A DNA stretch of 63,813 nt, counting the filler, from Octopus bimaculoides (Eukaryota), in NCBI RefSeq assembly GCF_001194135.2. It is 5 parts of 5 records of this genome, joined end to end, with 100 filler letters (N's around TTAATTAATTAA, not from the genome) between each part and the next. Parts side by side here need not be neighbours in the genome. Positions count along the whole stretch, not along the records: positions 29,797 to 56,540 come from NC_069000.1; positions 56,641 to 60,083 come from NC_069008.1; positions 60,184 to 62,163 come from NC_068987.1; 2 more parts are not named here. One strand, 5' to 3'. The position numbers and the translations under genes are program-made. The notes under the pieces were generated by a model that saw nothing but the letters and a program-made list of their open reading frames with translations, was not told the origin of the DNA and made no database searches. Of the stretch, positions 49,850 to 60,449 are shown piece after piece. The number at the start of each line of letters is the position of its first letter. The stretch's first letter is position 1.

Positions 49850-52030
49850 TTAATATTGACTACATTATCACCAGAAAGTGTGATTCATAGTTGCTCATAA
49901 ATGCAAAGAACTTCCCTGATGAAGAATGTACCCCTCACCATAGATTTCAGACTACAGGCAAGAAGGATTCCAAGAAGCAAGCCAGTTTGGAAAGGAAGGA
50001 CCTGAAAGCTTAAGTCAGAGCTTTAAAGATGTTCTAACTGAAACATTTAATGAGAAGGAGGAAGAATTACAGACATAGAGGATAACTGGAAGTTCTTATG
50101 AGACAACTTACTAAGAGCCAAAGACCAAATTTGTGGCATGATGACCAGTGGCTTGAAGTGTTTTGGCTTTCAGTTAGTGATTCTGCAAAGAAAGAAGCTT
50201 GGAAGTGCCACTATGAAATGTTGCTAAATGTAGTGAACTCATGAGAGAAGGAGAGTCTGCTGAAGGTCCCAACAGAGGGACCAGCTATCTGAATCAACAG
50301 TAGCTTGGTAGATAAAGCCATGAAGGATATGAAGACAAGGAAAGCCTCTGTCCCATCAGGAATCACCACTGAAATGCTCAAAATATCTGGCAGTGTGGGT
50401 TATGGTTTAATTACTCATATAGTCAACTGCTACAAAAATAAAGCTGATGCCTTAGACAGAAATAATTACAGAGATATCAAATTGTTGAATCAGGTGATGA
50501 AAGTTATGGAAAGGGTCATAACCTAACTAATTAGGAAAAGAGCTAGGTTAGATGAGATGCAGTTTGGCTTCATGCCAAGGAGAAGCACCACTAGTAAAGA
50601 AGCTGCAGGAGAAGTACCTGGCCAAAAATAAACCTCTGTATCTGGCTCTTGTTGACATGGAGAAAGTCTTCGACAGGGTTCCCCGCTCCCTTATCTGGTG
50701 GTCAATGTGGAAACTAGAGACAGAGGAGTGATGCTGAGAGCTGTACAAGTCATGTACAGGGATGCTATCAGTAAGGTGAGGGTTGGCAGCAAGTATAGTG
50801 ATGAATTCCATGTACAAGTAGGAGTTCATCAAGGATCAGTCCTCAGCCCCCTCTTGTCCATCATAGTCCTCCAGGAAATTAAATCAGGCTGTCCCTGGGA
50901 GCTTCTCTATGCTGATGACCTTCTTAAAGCTGAATCACAACTAGAACTGGAGAAAAAATTTCAGGTGTGAAAGTAAGGTCTGGAATCAAGGAGCTTTGAG
51001 TTAATTTAGCAAAAACCAAAGTCTTAGTAAGTAGGAAAGCAGAAAAATCACAAATCCCTTCGTGTAGATGGCCCTGCTTGATATGTAGAAAAGGGGTTGG
51101 TAGAAACTCCATAAGGTGTACACGGTGCAAGCTATAGATACATAAAAAGTGCGGCAATATCAGAAAAAGGTTAACAGGGAAAAGTCTTTGTGTATGGCAG
51201 ATGCACAAGTACAATAAACACTAGAAATGTACAGAAAATAGGCTTTATCAAATGTTGGAGGAGATATAATTGATAGCTTTCATTAACTAGGCGACCAAAT
51301 AAGCAGTGGAGATGGATGCTCTGAGAGCATAGCTGCTAGAATAAGAATAGGCTGGGCAAAATTCAGAGACCTTCTAACTTTGTTGGTAACTAAGGGCTTC
51401 TCTATCAAAGTGAAAGGCAAACCATATGATACCTGTGTGCAAACAGCCATGCTACACGACAGTGAAACATGGACTGTGACTGCAGAGGACATGCATAAGC
51501 TTGAAAGAAATGAAGCTAGTAGTATGCTTTGCTGAATGTGCAATGTCAGTATGCCTGTACAACAGAGTATAAGCATCTTGAGAGAAAAACTGGGCATAAG
51601 AGGCATCAGATGATGTGTGCAAGAGAGGGGACTGCACTGGTATGGTCATGTGATGCGTACGAATTAGGACAGCTGTGTAAAAAAGTGCTGTTCTGTAACT
51701 GTGGAGGGAATCTGTGGAAGAGGAGGACATGGCACGAGGTGGTGAAGCATGATCTTCGAATGTTGGGTCTCATGGAGGCAATGACAAGTGATCATGACCT
51801 TTGGCAATTTGTTGTGCTTGAGAAGACTCATAAAGCCAAGTGAAATTGTAGTTGTAGCTAGTGCCAGTGACATGTAAAAGGCACCCACTACACTCTTGGA
51901 ATGGTTGGCCTGAGGAAGGGCATTCAACCATAGAAACCAAGCCACAATCAGAGTGGAATTAAAATTAGTTTGTTGCAGCTCTTTGGCTTACCAGTTCCAG
52001 CATAGAAAGTAGATGCTAAATGATGAAGAT
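49850..52030 (+). mobile_element. RTE LINE (endonuclease end, RT, C-terminus, 3'UTR), degenerate
   Basis: NNYRDIKLLNQVMKVMERV, GVHQGSVLSPLL, LLYADDL, RIGWAKFR; 3' tail gctaaatgatgaagatgat. Confidence 0.88.
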
Positions 52031-52074
52031 GATATGCTACACAAATACCAAAAGAATATCTCTCTCCCTCATGT

Positions 52075-52650
52075 TCTGGCCACTAACCCTAACCCCTCCT
52101 CTTTGCCTTACTCTCCCATCCTTTGGTTGTCTCCCATGAACACTTCTTGCAGACTACCTCGTTGACGAATGACAGGGACCTTCTCTTTGTGGCTGGTGAC
52201 TTCAATGGACATGTTGGGACAACATACAGGGGGCTACCATGGCATACATGGAGGCTATAGCTTTGGTTCCCGCAATGAGGAGGGAACCAGGCTGCTGGAG
52301 TTCTGCGATGCAAATGACCTTATGGTTTGCAATATTAACTTCAGGAAACCTGCCAGTCACCTACTGTTCTGGCAGGAAAAGGAAAAGGAAAAGGAAAAGA
52401 TGGATGCTTATAAATGCCAAAACCTTCCCAGGTGAAGAATGCACCCCACAACATAGACTAGTAGTTAGTGACTTCAGGATCAGGGCTAAGTGGTTGCCCA
52501 GAAGATGACCNNNNNNNNNNAGTGACTTCAGGATCAGGGCTAAGTGGTTGCCCAGAAGATGACCAGCATGGAGGAGAAGGGTCTGGAAGCTTAAAGATCC
52601 TGCGAATGGACAAAGATTTAGAGACATATTACACAAAGCCTTTGATGAAA
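52075..52650 (+). mobile_element. RTE endonuclease fragment
   Basis: FVAGDFNGHVG, GSRNEEGTRLLEFCDANDL, AKTFPGEECTPQHRLVVSDFRI. Confidence 0.8.
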
Positions 52651-52659
52651 TAGAAGTAC

Positions 52660-53100
52660 AAGTAATTATCTTTTGCGTAACCCCTACCAAATTGGTGGAC
52701 TTGGGCACATTGTAGAAATAGATGAATCTATGATGTGCAAGTGCAAATACAACGGAGGATGGGATAGAGAGGATAAAAATAGGTTTTTAGTCTTTGTACC
52801 TGACCGTTCTTCTGAAACTCTTCTACCACTTATTAAAAAATTTATCAAACCAAGGACGACTATATATTCTGATTGTTGGAGTGCGTACAATGGGATTACT
52901 AAAATAGATGTGTTTTATTTACTTTGTTTAAAAAAAATGATTTACTTTGTTTAAAAAAAATGATTTACTTTGTTTTAAAAAAAACCCTCATACATGTTTT
53001 GCTCATTCGCGCTAGATAGTTGTTGTAGGATCGACTAGTCACGACTAACTAGTGTGGATGCGCGAGTATGCGAGTGCGTGCACTCTTCTTGAATAGTACC
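52660..53100 (+). mobile_element. Merlin / IS1595(ISXO2)-type DNA transposon remnant with right terminus
   Basis: IGGLGHIVEIDESMM...DRSSETLLPLIKKFIKPRTTIYSDCWSAY; end ...gaatagtacc (reverse complement GGTACTATT). Confidence 0.8.
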
Positions 53101-53312
53101 GGGAATCCCAATATTTGGAATATGGATATTTGCTATCTTTTTATTCTTTCAACTTTTCTAGTGCAATGTTATATATTTCTTTGTTTTCATTAAATACATC
53201 CTCACTGCAGGAGAGCATATTCTTATTTCAATATTTTAACAAGACAATTTGTGATAACTGTTGGATGATTGCTATTTTTGTTGATGTATGTGATTTTTGA
53301 GTTAGGCTTATG

Positions 53313-54081
53313 GGATCTTTCTGATTTGGCAGACACCATTTGTTTTCTAACGAAGCACTTTCAAACTTGGGATACTGGTAGAATGTGTCATATAAAACAT
53401 CTTTTTCTCTTAGCCTTGTTAAGAAAAGTTTCTATATTCCAAGTTATTTCATGTTAAAAGTTGTCGTATTTCGGTAATTTCAACCAATCACTGACGTCTA
53501 TTGAAGTGAAAATGATTACTGCTGTGGATTGTCAACAACACGTTCTGGCGGTGTAATGGGATCTTTTCCCTTGAATAAAATTACTGCCGTTGTTTGTCAA
53601 CAACAACTATCGGCGGTACTGTTATTTATGACATCGTTCATGAGTTTGTACTGGTTTTAGCTTTAGGGTTTTAGGGTTAGGGTTAGGGTTTTAGGGTCAG
53701 GGTTAGGGATAGGGTTTTAGGGTCAGGGTTAGGGTTTTAGGGTTAGGGATAGGGTTTTAGAGTTAGGGTTAGGGTTTTAGATAATCTCGTTTCAAACCAC
53801 TCACCCAATGAAGGATTACCAGTGACTAACGATATATACACCGCCACAAATTATTGTTGACAAAGAACAGCAGTAACAGTATTCAGCTGAATAGACGTCA
53901 GTGATTGGTTGAAATTACCAAAATACGACAATTTTTAACATGAAATAACTTCGAATATAAAAATTTCTCTCTGTTCTATAAGACAAAATATACAAGTATA
54001 CGAAGTTTTAAAGTGTTTTGGTAGAAAACACACTAAATAAAAACTAAATAAAAAATGGTGTCCACCAAATCAGAAAGATCC
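53313..54081. mobile_element. 769-bp GG-terminated MITE with long inverted arms and a telomere-type core
   Basis: TIR ggatctttctgatttgg...; exact 8-bp TSD ggcttatg (53305-53312, 54082-54089). Confidence 0.85.
53655..53780 (+). repeat. Interstitial TTAGGG-variant array
   Basis: TTAGGG, TTTTAGGG, TCAGGG and ATAGGG units in tandem. Confidence 0.9.
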
Positions 54082-55439
54082 GGCTTATGTTATAGACCTA
54101 AGAGGAGGTTAAAATTAACATCTAGAAAATTAACAGAGTTGTGTTCTGTTTCTATAGAAATTTTAAAACCAAAACAGAGGAAGAATTTGTGGAGTTGTTT
54201 TTTATAAAGTTTTAATTTTATATTAGAAGGTTTTTTTAAATAATAAACAAAGTGTTATCCCTGTATAGACCACTATATATTTCAGGAAATTTATTATTAA
54301 ATTTATGGAGAATATATAGACCAACTAAATTGGTGGCTTCAGCTGAGTCCGGAGAACCTATTGCCACATCAAAGCAGTTGGGTGTGTCCTTGCGAGCCCA
54401 CAGTTTGTTATCAAACATAATTACTGATTTTCCGGCTGCAAGTATGACTTTGATTTCTCTCGTGGTTAGTTCAGAGTTGTTTTTAGCAAATAATAAAGTA
54501 CTATTTAAGACAGTGGGGTTAATTGATGAGTAATAGTTATTAATATCTCTGCAGGAATCTATAGTTAGTTTTACTTTTGATTTTTTTAAACCAATCTTAT
54601 TACTTATTGGCTATTTGACCATAAGTCAAGTTTAATTTTGTTTTTTATTTTAACTATGTGTTTGTCCATTATGTGTTTACTCAGTTTACCTATATCTGAT
54701 CTAGTAGGGCAAATTAGTCTAACTTTAGGGTTAGTTTGGAAATTTTCTTTATGGTCCTTTAAAGATATTCTAGGCCTTACAGGAAAGAAAAGTTCACTTC
54801 TATCTTCAATAGCATAATCATTCATAATTCTTTGGGCTTCAAGGTTTATATCTCTTAGTGTGTTGTTGTTGCTCACTATCTTGTATTTTTTTTTTTTTTT
54901 TTTTGGTGATTCCATTTGAAAGTAGTTGCAGTAAATCAATGTGCAAGTTATACAAGATTTCTGTTTTGTCAGATTTGACAAGAATTCCTTGTTTTGATTT
55001 CAGGTCGGAGATGATGGATTTTAATTTATGTTAGTGTTGGTCTCTGAGTGGGTGTTTGACAAATTTAATGTTCCTAACTACTTGCCACAGGTCATCTTCA
55101 AAAGCTTCTAAGTCTTTATTTGGTGGTGGGTATTTTCTGGTTTTAAAATATTTTTTAATTATGTTTTCATTGTTAGTTTCAGCTGGGTTGCTCCATTGGT
55201 CTACTTGATTAGTTTCTATATAAAAATTGTAAGTATTCCATCTAATTCTATGTATGAAGTCTGTAGTTTTTTTTAATCACTTTCTTCAAATATTCCTTTT
55301 TAGATGGTATCGAAATGTCTTTAAGTGATACATCCAAATTTATATGCTCCATTTTTCCAGCGGAATGTCCAAAATAATTTTTATATATATATTTTTTGTG
55401 GATATATTATAAAAATCGATAGAAGATATTTATATATAC

Positions 55440-56513
55440 ATAAAGTCATGTAAAATGATCAAACAGATATGATAACAATTTAAAAAGAAAGTCCTTAGGT
55501 AAAGAAAATACGTGGTGGTGGTTTCAGCAGACTGCAGCTTTGTTTGTCACTATGGAAACAGGCACCAATGCATCTGCAACTTTTGATTGGCTAAAACTAC
55601 CCGAAATTTGCAAATTTTAAAAGTTATTAATTTTTTATTTCTTAATTTATAGCAAAAATGAATTTCCTTTTCATAATTAGCATACAACAAAAAACCTTGA
55701 ATGTATGTATGTGGGGATATATACATATATATATGAATGAGGTCATATATATATGAAATAGAAACACTTATATGCACATGGGAATGTACTCTTGTAATGT
55801 AGTTAATTTGAGGAAGTTAAGTCCTCATTAGGGATCATATAATCCAAGATATTCCACTTGATGAGTTTTACTCAATCAGAAAACAGGATTTGGAAGCTGG
55901 AATTTTCTTTCTGATAGTCGTCTGTCACAAAATGAAAGCAAAAACATTACAACTACAAAATATTAATAAATAAAATGAAAGCAAAACATTATGACAATGA
56001 AAGTTGTAAGAAGCTTTGAAATTTTAAATAAAGTCATGTGAAATGATTGAACATACATATAAATAATTTAAAAAGGAAAAAAATGCTCAGTGAAATGTTT
56101 TTGCAAAAGATTATGCCTCCTCCCATTACATTAGGGTTTATGGTTAGGCTTCAGTTTTAGGGTTAGGGTTTGACTCATCATCAAAGAAATTACATAAGCT
56201 AAGTGTTGGTGGTTCAAGCAGCAGACTACAGTTTCACTTAAAAGTTTTGATAAGTTTTAATGAATAAAGTCATGTAAAATGATCAAACAGATATGATAAC
56301 AATTTAAAAAGAAAGTCCTTAGGTAAAGAAAATACGTGGTGGTGGTTTAAGCAGACTGCAGCTTTGTTTGTCACTATGGAAACAGGCACCAATGCATCTG
56401 CAACTTTTGATTGGCTAAAATTACCCGAAATTTGCAAATTTTAAAAGTTATTAATTTTTTATTTCTTAATTTATAGCAAAAATGAATTTCCTTTTCATAA
56501 TTAGCATACAACA
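55440..56513. repeat. ~250-bp near-identical direct repeats (55440-55689, 56264-56513), pseudo-LTR-like
   Basis: Only about two differences visible; located immediately 5' of the minus-strand Penelope-like ORF. Confidence 0.75.
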
Positions 56514-56649
56514 TTATATCAGTACAGTAATCCCTTGACTNNNNNNNNNNNNNNNNNNNNNNNNNNNNNNNNNNNNNNNNNNNNTTAATTAATTAANNNN
56601 NNNNNNNNNNNNNNNNNNNNNNNNNNNNNNNNNNNNNNNNTTTTTTCAA

Positions 56650-56800
56650 TTATTTACATTATTTACATTTGACAGATATTTGTCCTCATCTTGTTTGTTG
56701 TTAACACAACGTTTCGGCTGATATACCCTCCAGCCTTCGTCAGGTGTCTTGGGGAAATTTCGAACCTGGGTTCTTATTCCTAACGATGTTACTATTATTA

Positions 56801-56840
<40 letters not shown>

Positions 56841-57010
56841 TATTACTATTATTAATCAGGTCGCTGCCGTGAATCGAACTCGAAACATTGGGGTTAGTAG
56901 CCCGCGCTCTTAACCACTACGCCATATGTTGTGTTAACAACAAACAAGATGAGGACAAATATCCGTCAAATGTAAATAATGTAAATAATTCCTCATCTCT
57001 TAAATATAGA
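56650..57010 (-). mobile_element. tRNA-headed SINE-like element with hammerhead motif and inverted duplicated tail
   Basis: Minus strand: A-box tggcgtagtgg (56914-56924), B-box gagttcgattc (56871-56881), (AAT)n, hammerhead, tail; 56929-57010 is an inverted copy of the tail plus an extension. Confidence 0.7.
56703..56748 (-). ncRNA. Minimal type-I hammerhead ribozyme
   Basis: gacac-CTGACGA-a-ggctg(gagggtatat)cagcc-GAAAC-GTT-gtgtt: helix I gacac/gtgtt, 5-bp helix II, palindromic AACGTT helix III as in Penelope-associated minimal hammerheads. Confidence 0.7.
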
Positions 57011-57303
57011 AATGTTTTTTCAATGTTTTAAATTATATCAGGGACTTTTATCTTATGACACCGGTGTTTTCAAACAGGGGAGACAATTGTTAATTATACG
57101 ACGTACTTGGTCTCATCAATTTACTGAGCTAAATCTAATTATATTATATATAGTAATTATCTCGTGTTAAGGTGAACGTTAATGTTTGTCGATAAGATAG
57201 GGCGATCTACATGTTTCAGGGTTGCTATTCGATTACCTTCGTGATTCAATATTTAATTTGATCACAGCTTTACATCGTTAATTGGCTGTTCCCTATTTTA
57301 CAG

Positions 57304-57395
57304 GACGGGAAATGGCTTTTAATCAAAAACAAATCAATGAACTTACCTCACATTTCTTCACTTTTCATTTGAACTTTACATCAAACATTCTACTG
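57304..57395 (+). other. Candidate upstream (5'UTR or short coding) exon of the zinc-finger gene
   Basis: ccctattttacag| acceptor and CTG|GTAAGT donor 137 bp upstream of the ZNF ATG. Confidence 0.4.
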
Positions 57396-57532
57396 GTAAG
57401 TAGAAAGTATATTTACATTACATCAGTTCCACACATGTAAACAGAGATCTGTAATATCTGAGGCAAGAAACTGAACTGTTTTAGATTAACTCAGACATTC
57501 GTCAGCTTTTTAAGAATTATTCAAGAGTTAAT

Positions 57533-59098
57533 ATGGAGAACGTGAATCACTTGGAGACTTGTAACACAACTGTTTTTAGCAATATAGATACAGTTACACA
57601 GATAGAAGGAGATGAAAAACCTGTACTTGGCGAAACATTTACTAAGGAAAGATCGTTGCAAGGAAATATTGTTGAATATCAATGTGATGTTTGTAGGAAA
57701 ACTTTCTTTACAGAACATGAAGTCTTCACACACAAAGAAATACACAAAACTGCGGAACCCTTCCACTGTGAAATATGTGGGAAACCGTTTGTTAATCGTA
57801 GTAATTTAACAATACACAAAAAGCTTCATACTGGAGAGAGACTCTATCAGTGTGAGGTGTGTGAAAAATATTTCGTCTCTAATTGTGATTTAGAAAGACA
57901 CAAAAGAATACACACTGGGGAAAAACCATATCACTGTGAAATATGCGGGAAATCATTCTCCGACAATTCTAATCTTGTCGCTCACCGGAAAATACACTCT
58001 GGAGTAAAACCATTTGAATGTGAAATATGTAGTAAATGTTTTATCTTTAAAAATGATTTAAACAGACACAAACGAATACACACCGGAGAAAAGCCTTATC
58101 CTTGTGAAGTTTGTGGTAAATCATTCTCTGACAATTCTAACCTTGTAGCTCACCGGAAAATACACACTGGAGAAAAACCGTTTGAATGTGATATCTGTGG
58201 GAAAACTTTTGCCTCTAAAAGAGATCTAAACAAGCATGGGAGAATACACACTGGAGAGAAGCCTTACCATTGTGATATATGTGGGGAATCGTTCTCGGAT
58301 AATTCTAATCTTGTACGTCACCAAAAAATACACAGTGGAGAAAAACTATTTGATTGTGAAATATGTGGGAAATGTTTTGTTTGTAACAGTGATTTGACCA
58401 TACACAAACGGATTCATACGGGGGAGAAACCGTACCATTGTGAGATATGTGGGAACTCCTTTATCACCAGTGGTCACTTAAAAAGGCACCAAGGGATACA
58501 TAGTGGACAGAAAAACTTTCAGTGTAAAATATGTGAGAAAACTTTCACTCGAAATTATCATCTTCTTATCCATGTACGTAGTCATACTGGAGAAAAACCA
58601 TTCCACTGTGAAATCTGTGGGAAGGCCTTCACTCTGAATTCTAAACTCAATATCCACAGATGTACTCATACTGGTGAAAAGCCATTCCACTGCGAAATCT
58701 GTGGAAAATCCTTTCTTGATAACAGTAATTTAAACAGGCACAAAACAACACACACTGGTGAAAAACCCTATCTTTGTGAAGTATGTGGCAAATCGTTTGC
58801 TATCACATCTCATCTTATTAGTCACAAACGTTGTCACAGTGGAGAAAGATCCTTTCATTGTGGAACTTGTGGGAAATCTTTCTTCACAAATTCCAGTCTT
58901 GTAATTCACAATCGTAGTCACACTGGAGAAAAGCCATTTCATTGTGACATATGTGGGAAATCATATTCTGTTAGTTCCAGCCTTGTCACCCATCTACGAA
59001 GTCACACCGGAGAAAAACCGTATCACTGTGAAATATGTGGGAAATCCTTTATCACGGGAAGTCTTTTGAAAAGACATAAACTTACACACACCGGATAG
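57533..59098 (+). CDS. C2H2 zinc-finger protein, 521 aa, 17 tandem fingers in one exon
   Basis: Intact ORF; 17 CxxC-x12-HxxxH units, mostly with TGEKP-type linkers; no KRAB-like domain seen. Confidence 0.95.
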   Translation: MENVNHLETCNTTVFSNIDTVTQIEGDEKPVLGETFTKERSLQGNIVEYQCDVCRKTFFTEHEVFTHKEIHKTAEPFHCEICGKPFVNRSNLTIHKKLHTGERLYQCEVCEKYFVSNCDLERHKRIHTGEKPYHCEICGKSFSDNSNLVAHRKIHSGVKPFECEICSKCFIFKNDLNRHKRIHTGEKPYPCEVCGKSFSDNSNLVAHRKIHTGEKPFECDICGKTFASKRDLNKHGRIHTGEKPYHCDICGESFSDNSNLVRHQKIHSGEKLFDCEICGKCFVCNSDLTIHKRIHTGEKPYHCEICGNSFITSGHLKRHQGIHSGQKNFQCKICEKTFTRNYHLLIHVRSHTGEKPFHCEICGKAFTLNSKLNIHRCTHTGEKPFHCEICGKSFLDNSNLNRHKTTHTGEKPYLCEVCGKSFAITSHLISHKRCHSGERSFHCGTCGKSFFTNSSLVIHNRSHTGEKPFHCDICGKSYSVSSSLVTHLRSHTGEKPYHCEICGKSFITGSLLKRHKLTHTG

Positions 59099-59530
59099 AA
59101 GCAATCGAGCACCTCAGTGATACCACACTATATGAAGATGCACACCTAGTCAGCTTTAAGCTAAGCTCAACGCCTGCCGGACCAACATTTGCCACAAAAG
59201 AAAACTCTTTAAGAAGATTAGACTCAATTTGACTTCCAAAAATAGCCGCCTCCTCTCTTTCCGTCACTCACTGAAAATCCACAACCTGGACCTAAACTTA
59301 AAATCAAATCCATAGCCCCTGGAATTGACGATCCCTTTTATAAAATTTCTTGGCTTCTCTCTAAACTCCTTCACACCTTCCCTAGACATGCTGATAGTTC
59401 CATGAAGGTCTTGAAATGACTCAAGGTTATTGACCCCTCTATACTTTCATGCCCGCTCTTCTGGCAGTCGATATCATCCCTAACCACATCACAGCTCTTC
59501 TCTCATTGACCCCTTGTCCCACATACATCT
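59099..59530 (+). mobile_element. Degenerate Penelope-like RT fragment directly after the ZNF stop
   Basis: EAIEHLSDTTLYE and PFYKISWLLSKLL...SSMKVLK resemble PLE RT segments. Confidence 0.4.
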
Positions 59531-59804
59531 TCTTTTCTTCCTCCCCTTTCTGCCTCCACTCCTCCTTTCTCTTCCCACGCGTGCGTATTTCTTAATGTAA
59601 GGGTAGATGACTCTAGTTAAATTCCTTTTTTTTTTCCTTCAACATCCTCAATGAGATTAAAATATTCCTTTCAATTATCTGGCTAACAAGAATCTATTAC
59701 TATATAGCCTCAAATACAAGATTACACCCCCGAATTCAGGGACCGTTGAAGCAGTATGGACTATTCCACGAGAAGATAATAATAATATGTATATACATAT
59801 ATAC

Positions 59805-60009
59805 GGTACTACTAAAGCAGCGCGGACCCGAACGCGCAGCCGCGCGTCCGCGCTAGCTAGTCGTGAGTGGTCGATACTAACCCTAACCCTATTCCTAACC
59901 CTAACCCTAAACACGTATTCATTTGCACACGCGGGTTAGGGTTAGGATCAACCACTCAAGACTAGCTAGCGCGACTGCGCGTTCGGGTCCGCGCTGCTTT
60001 AGTAGAACC
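59805..60009. mobile_element. 205-bp GC-rich hairpin MITE with inward-facing telomere repeats
   Basis: GGTACTACTAAAGCAGCGCGGACCCGAACGCGCAG... / inverse end ...AGTAGAACC; exact 9-bp TSD catatatac (59796-59804, 60010-60018); CCCTAA repeats in the left arm, TTAGGG in the right. Confidence 0.85.
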
Positions 60010-60449
60010 CATATATACATCTACATGCACGCATACCTACATATAAAATTATGTACATACATGCATAGAGTCATACATAATTANNNNNNNNNNNNNNNNN
60101 NNNNNNNNNNNNNNNNNNNNNNNNNNNTTAATTAATTAANNNNNNNNNNNNNNNNNNNNNNNNNNNNNNNNNNNNNNNNNNNNTAAAAGGGTAAAGGATT
60201 ATCAATTTATTAATTTATTAATAAATTAATAATTAATAATTTTTACCAAGCCCTTCGGTATGTAAGCACCATTATCGGTGAGTAACTTATTTAAAAGTTC
60301 TTATACATTTATAAACAAAATTAAGGGATCAGCAACAGTTGCTTCACCACATACCGAAGTTCAGAAATAGCAACTAAAATACTGAAACTCCACGCGTGTA
60401 ACATTTACATAAGAAAAACTTATAAAAATAAAGACAAAATTACAAATAC

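Larger units (their letters stand above)
53120..55690 (-). mobile_element. Penelope-like retroelement (ATG at 55352), interrupted by a MITE; 5' direct repeat
   Basis: LKDISIPSKKEYL, PRISLKDHKENF..NPKVRLICP, AIGSPDSAE, GLYRD, NFLDVNFN, HKPNSKITYINKNSNHP. Confidence 0.85.

Noticed and set aside
52083-52095. ctaaccctaaccc next to the RTE endonuclease fragment
   Set aside because: Only two units; too short to link to the telomere-repeat MITEs.
52468-52570. Direct repeat of ~44 bp either side of a 10-N gap
   Set aside because: Unmerged contig overlap; assembly artefact.
56860-56928. tRNA-like sequence
   Set aside because: Has A/B boxes but no complete cloverleaf or acceptor stem; a SINE head. 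The same applies to the heads at 6875, 45112 and 62280.
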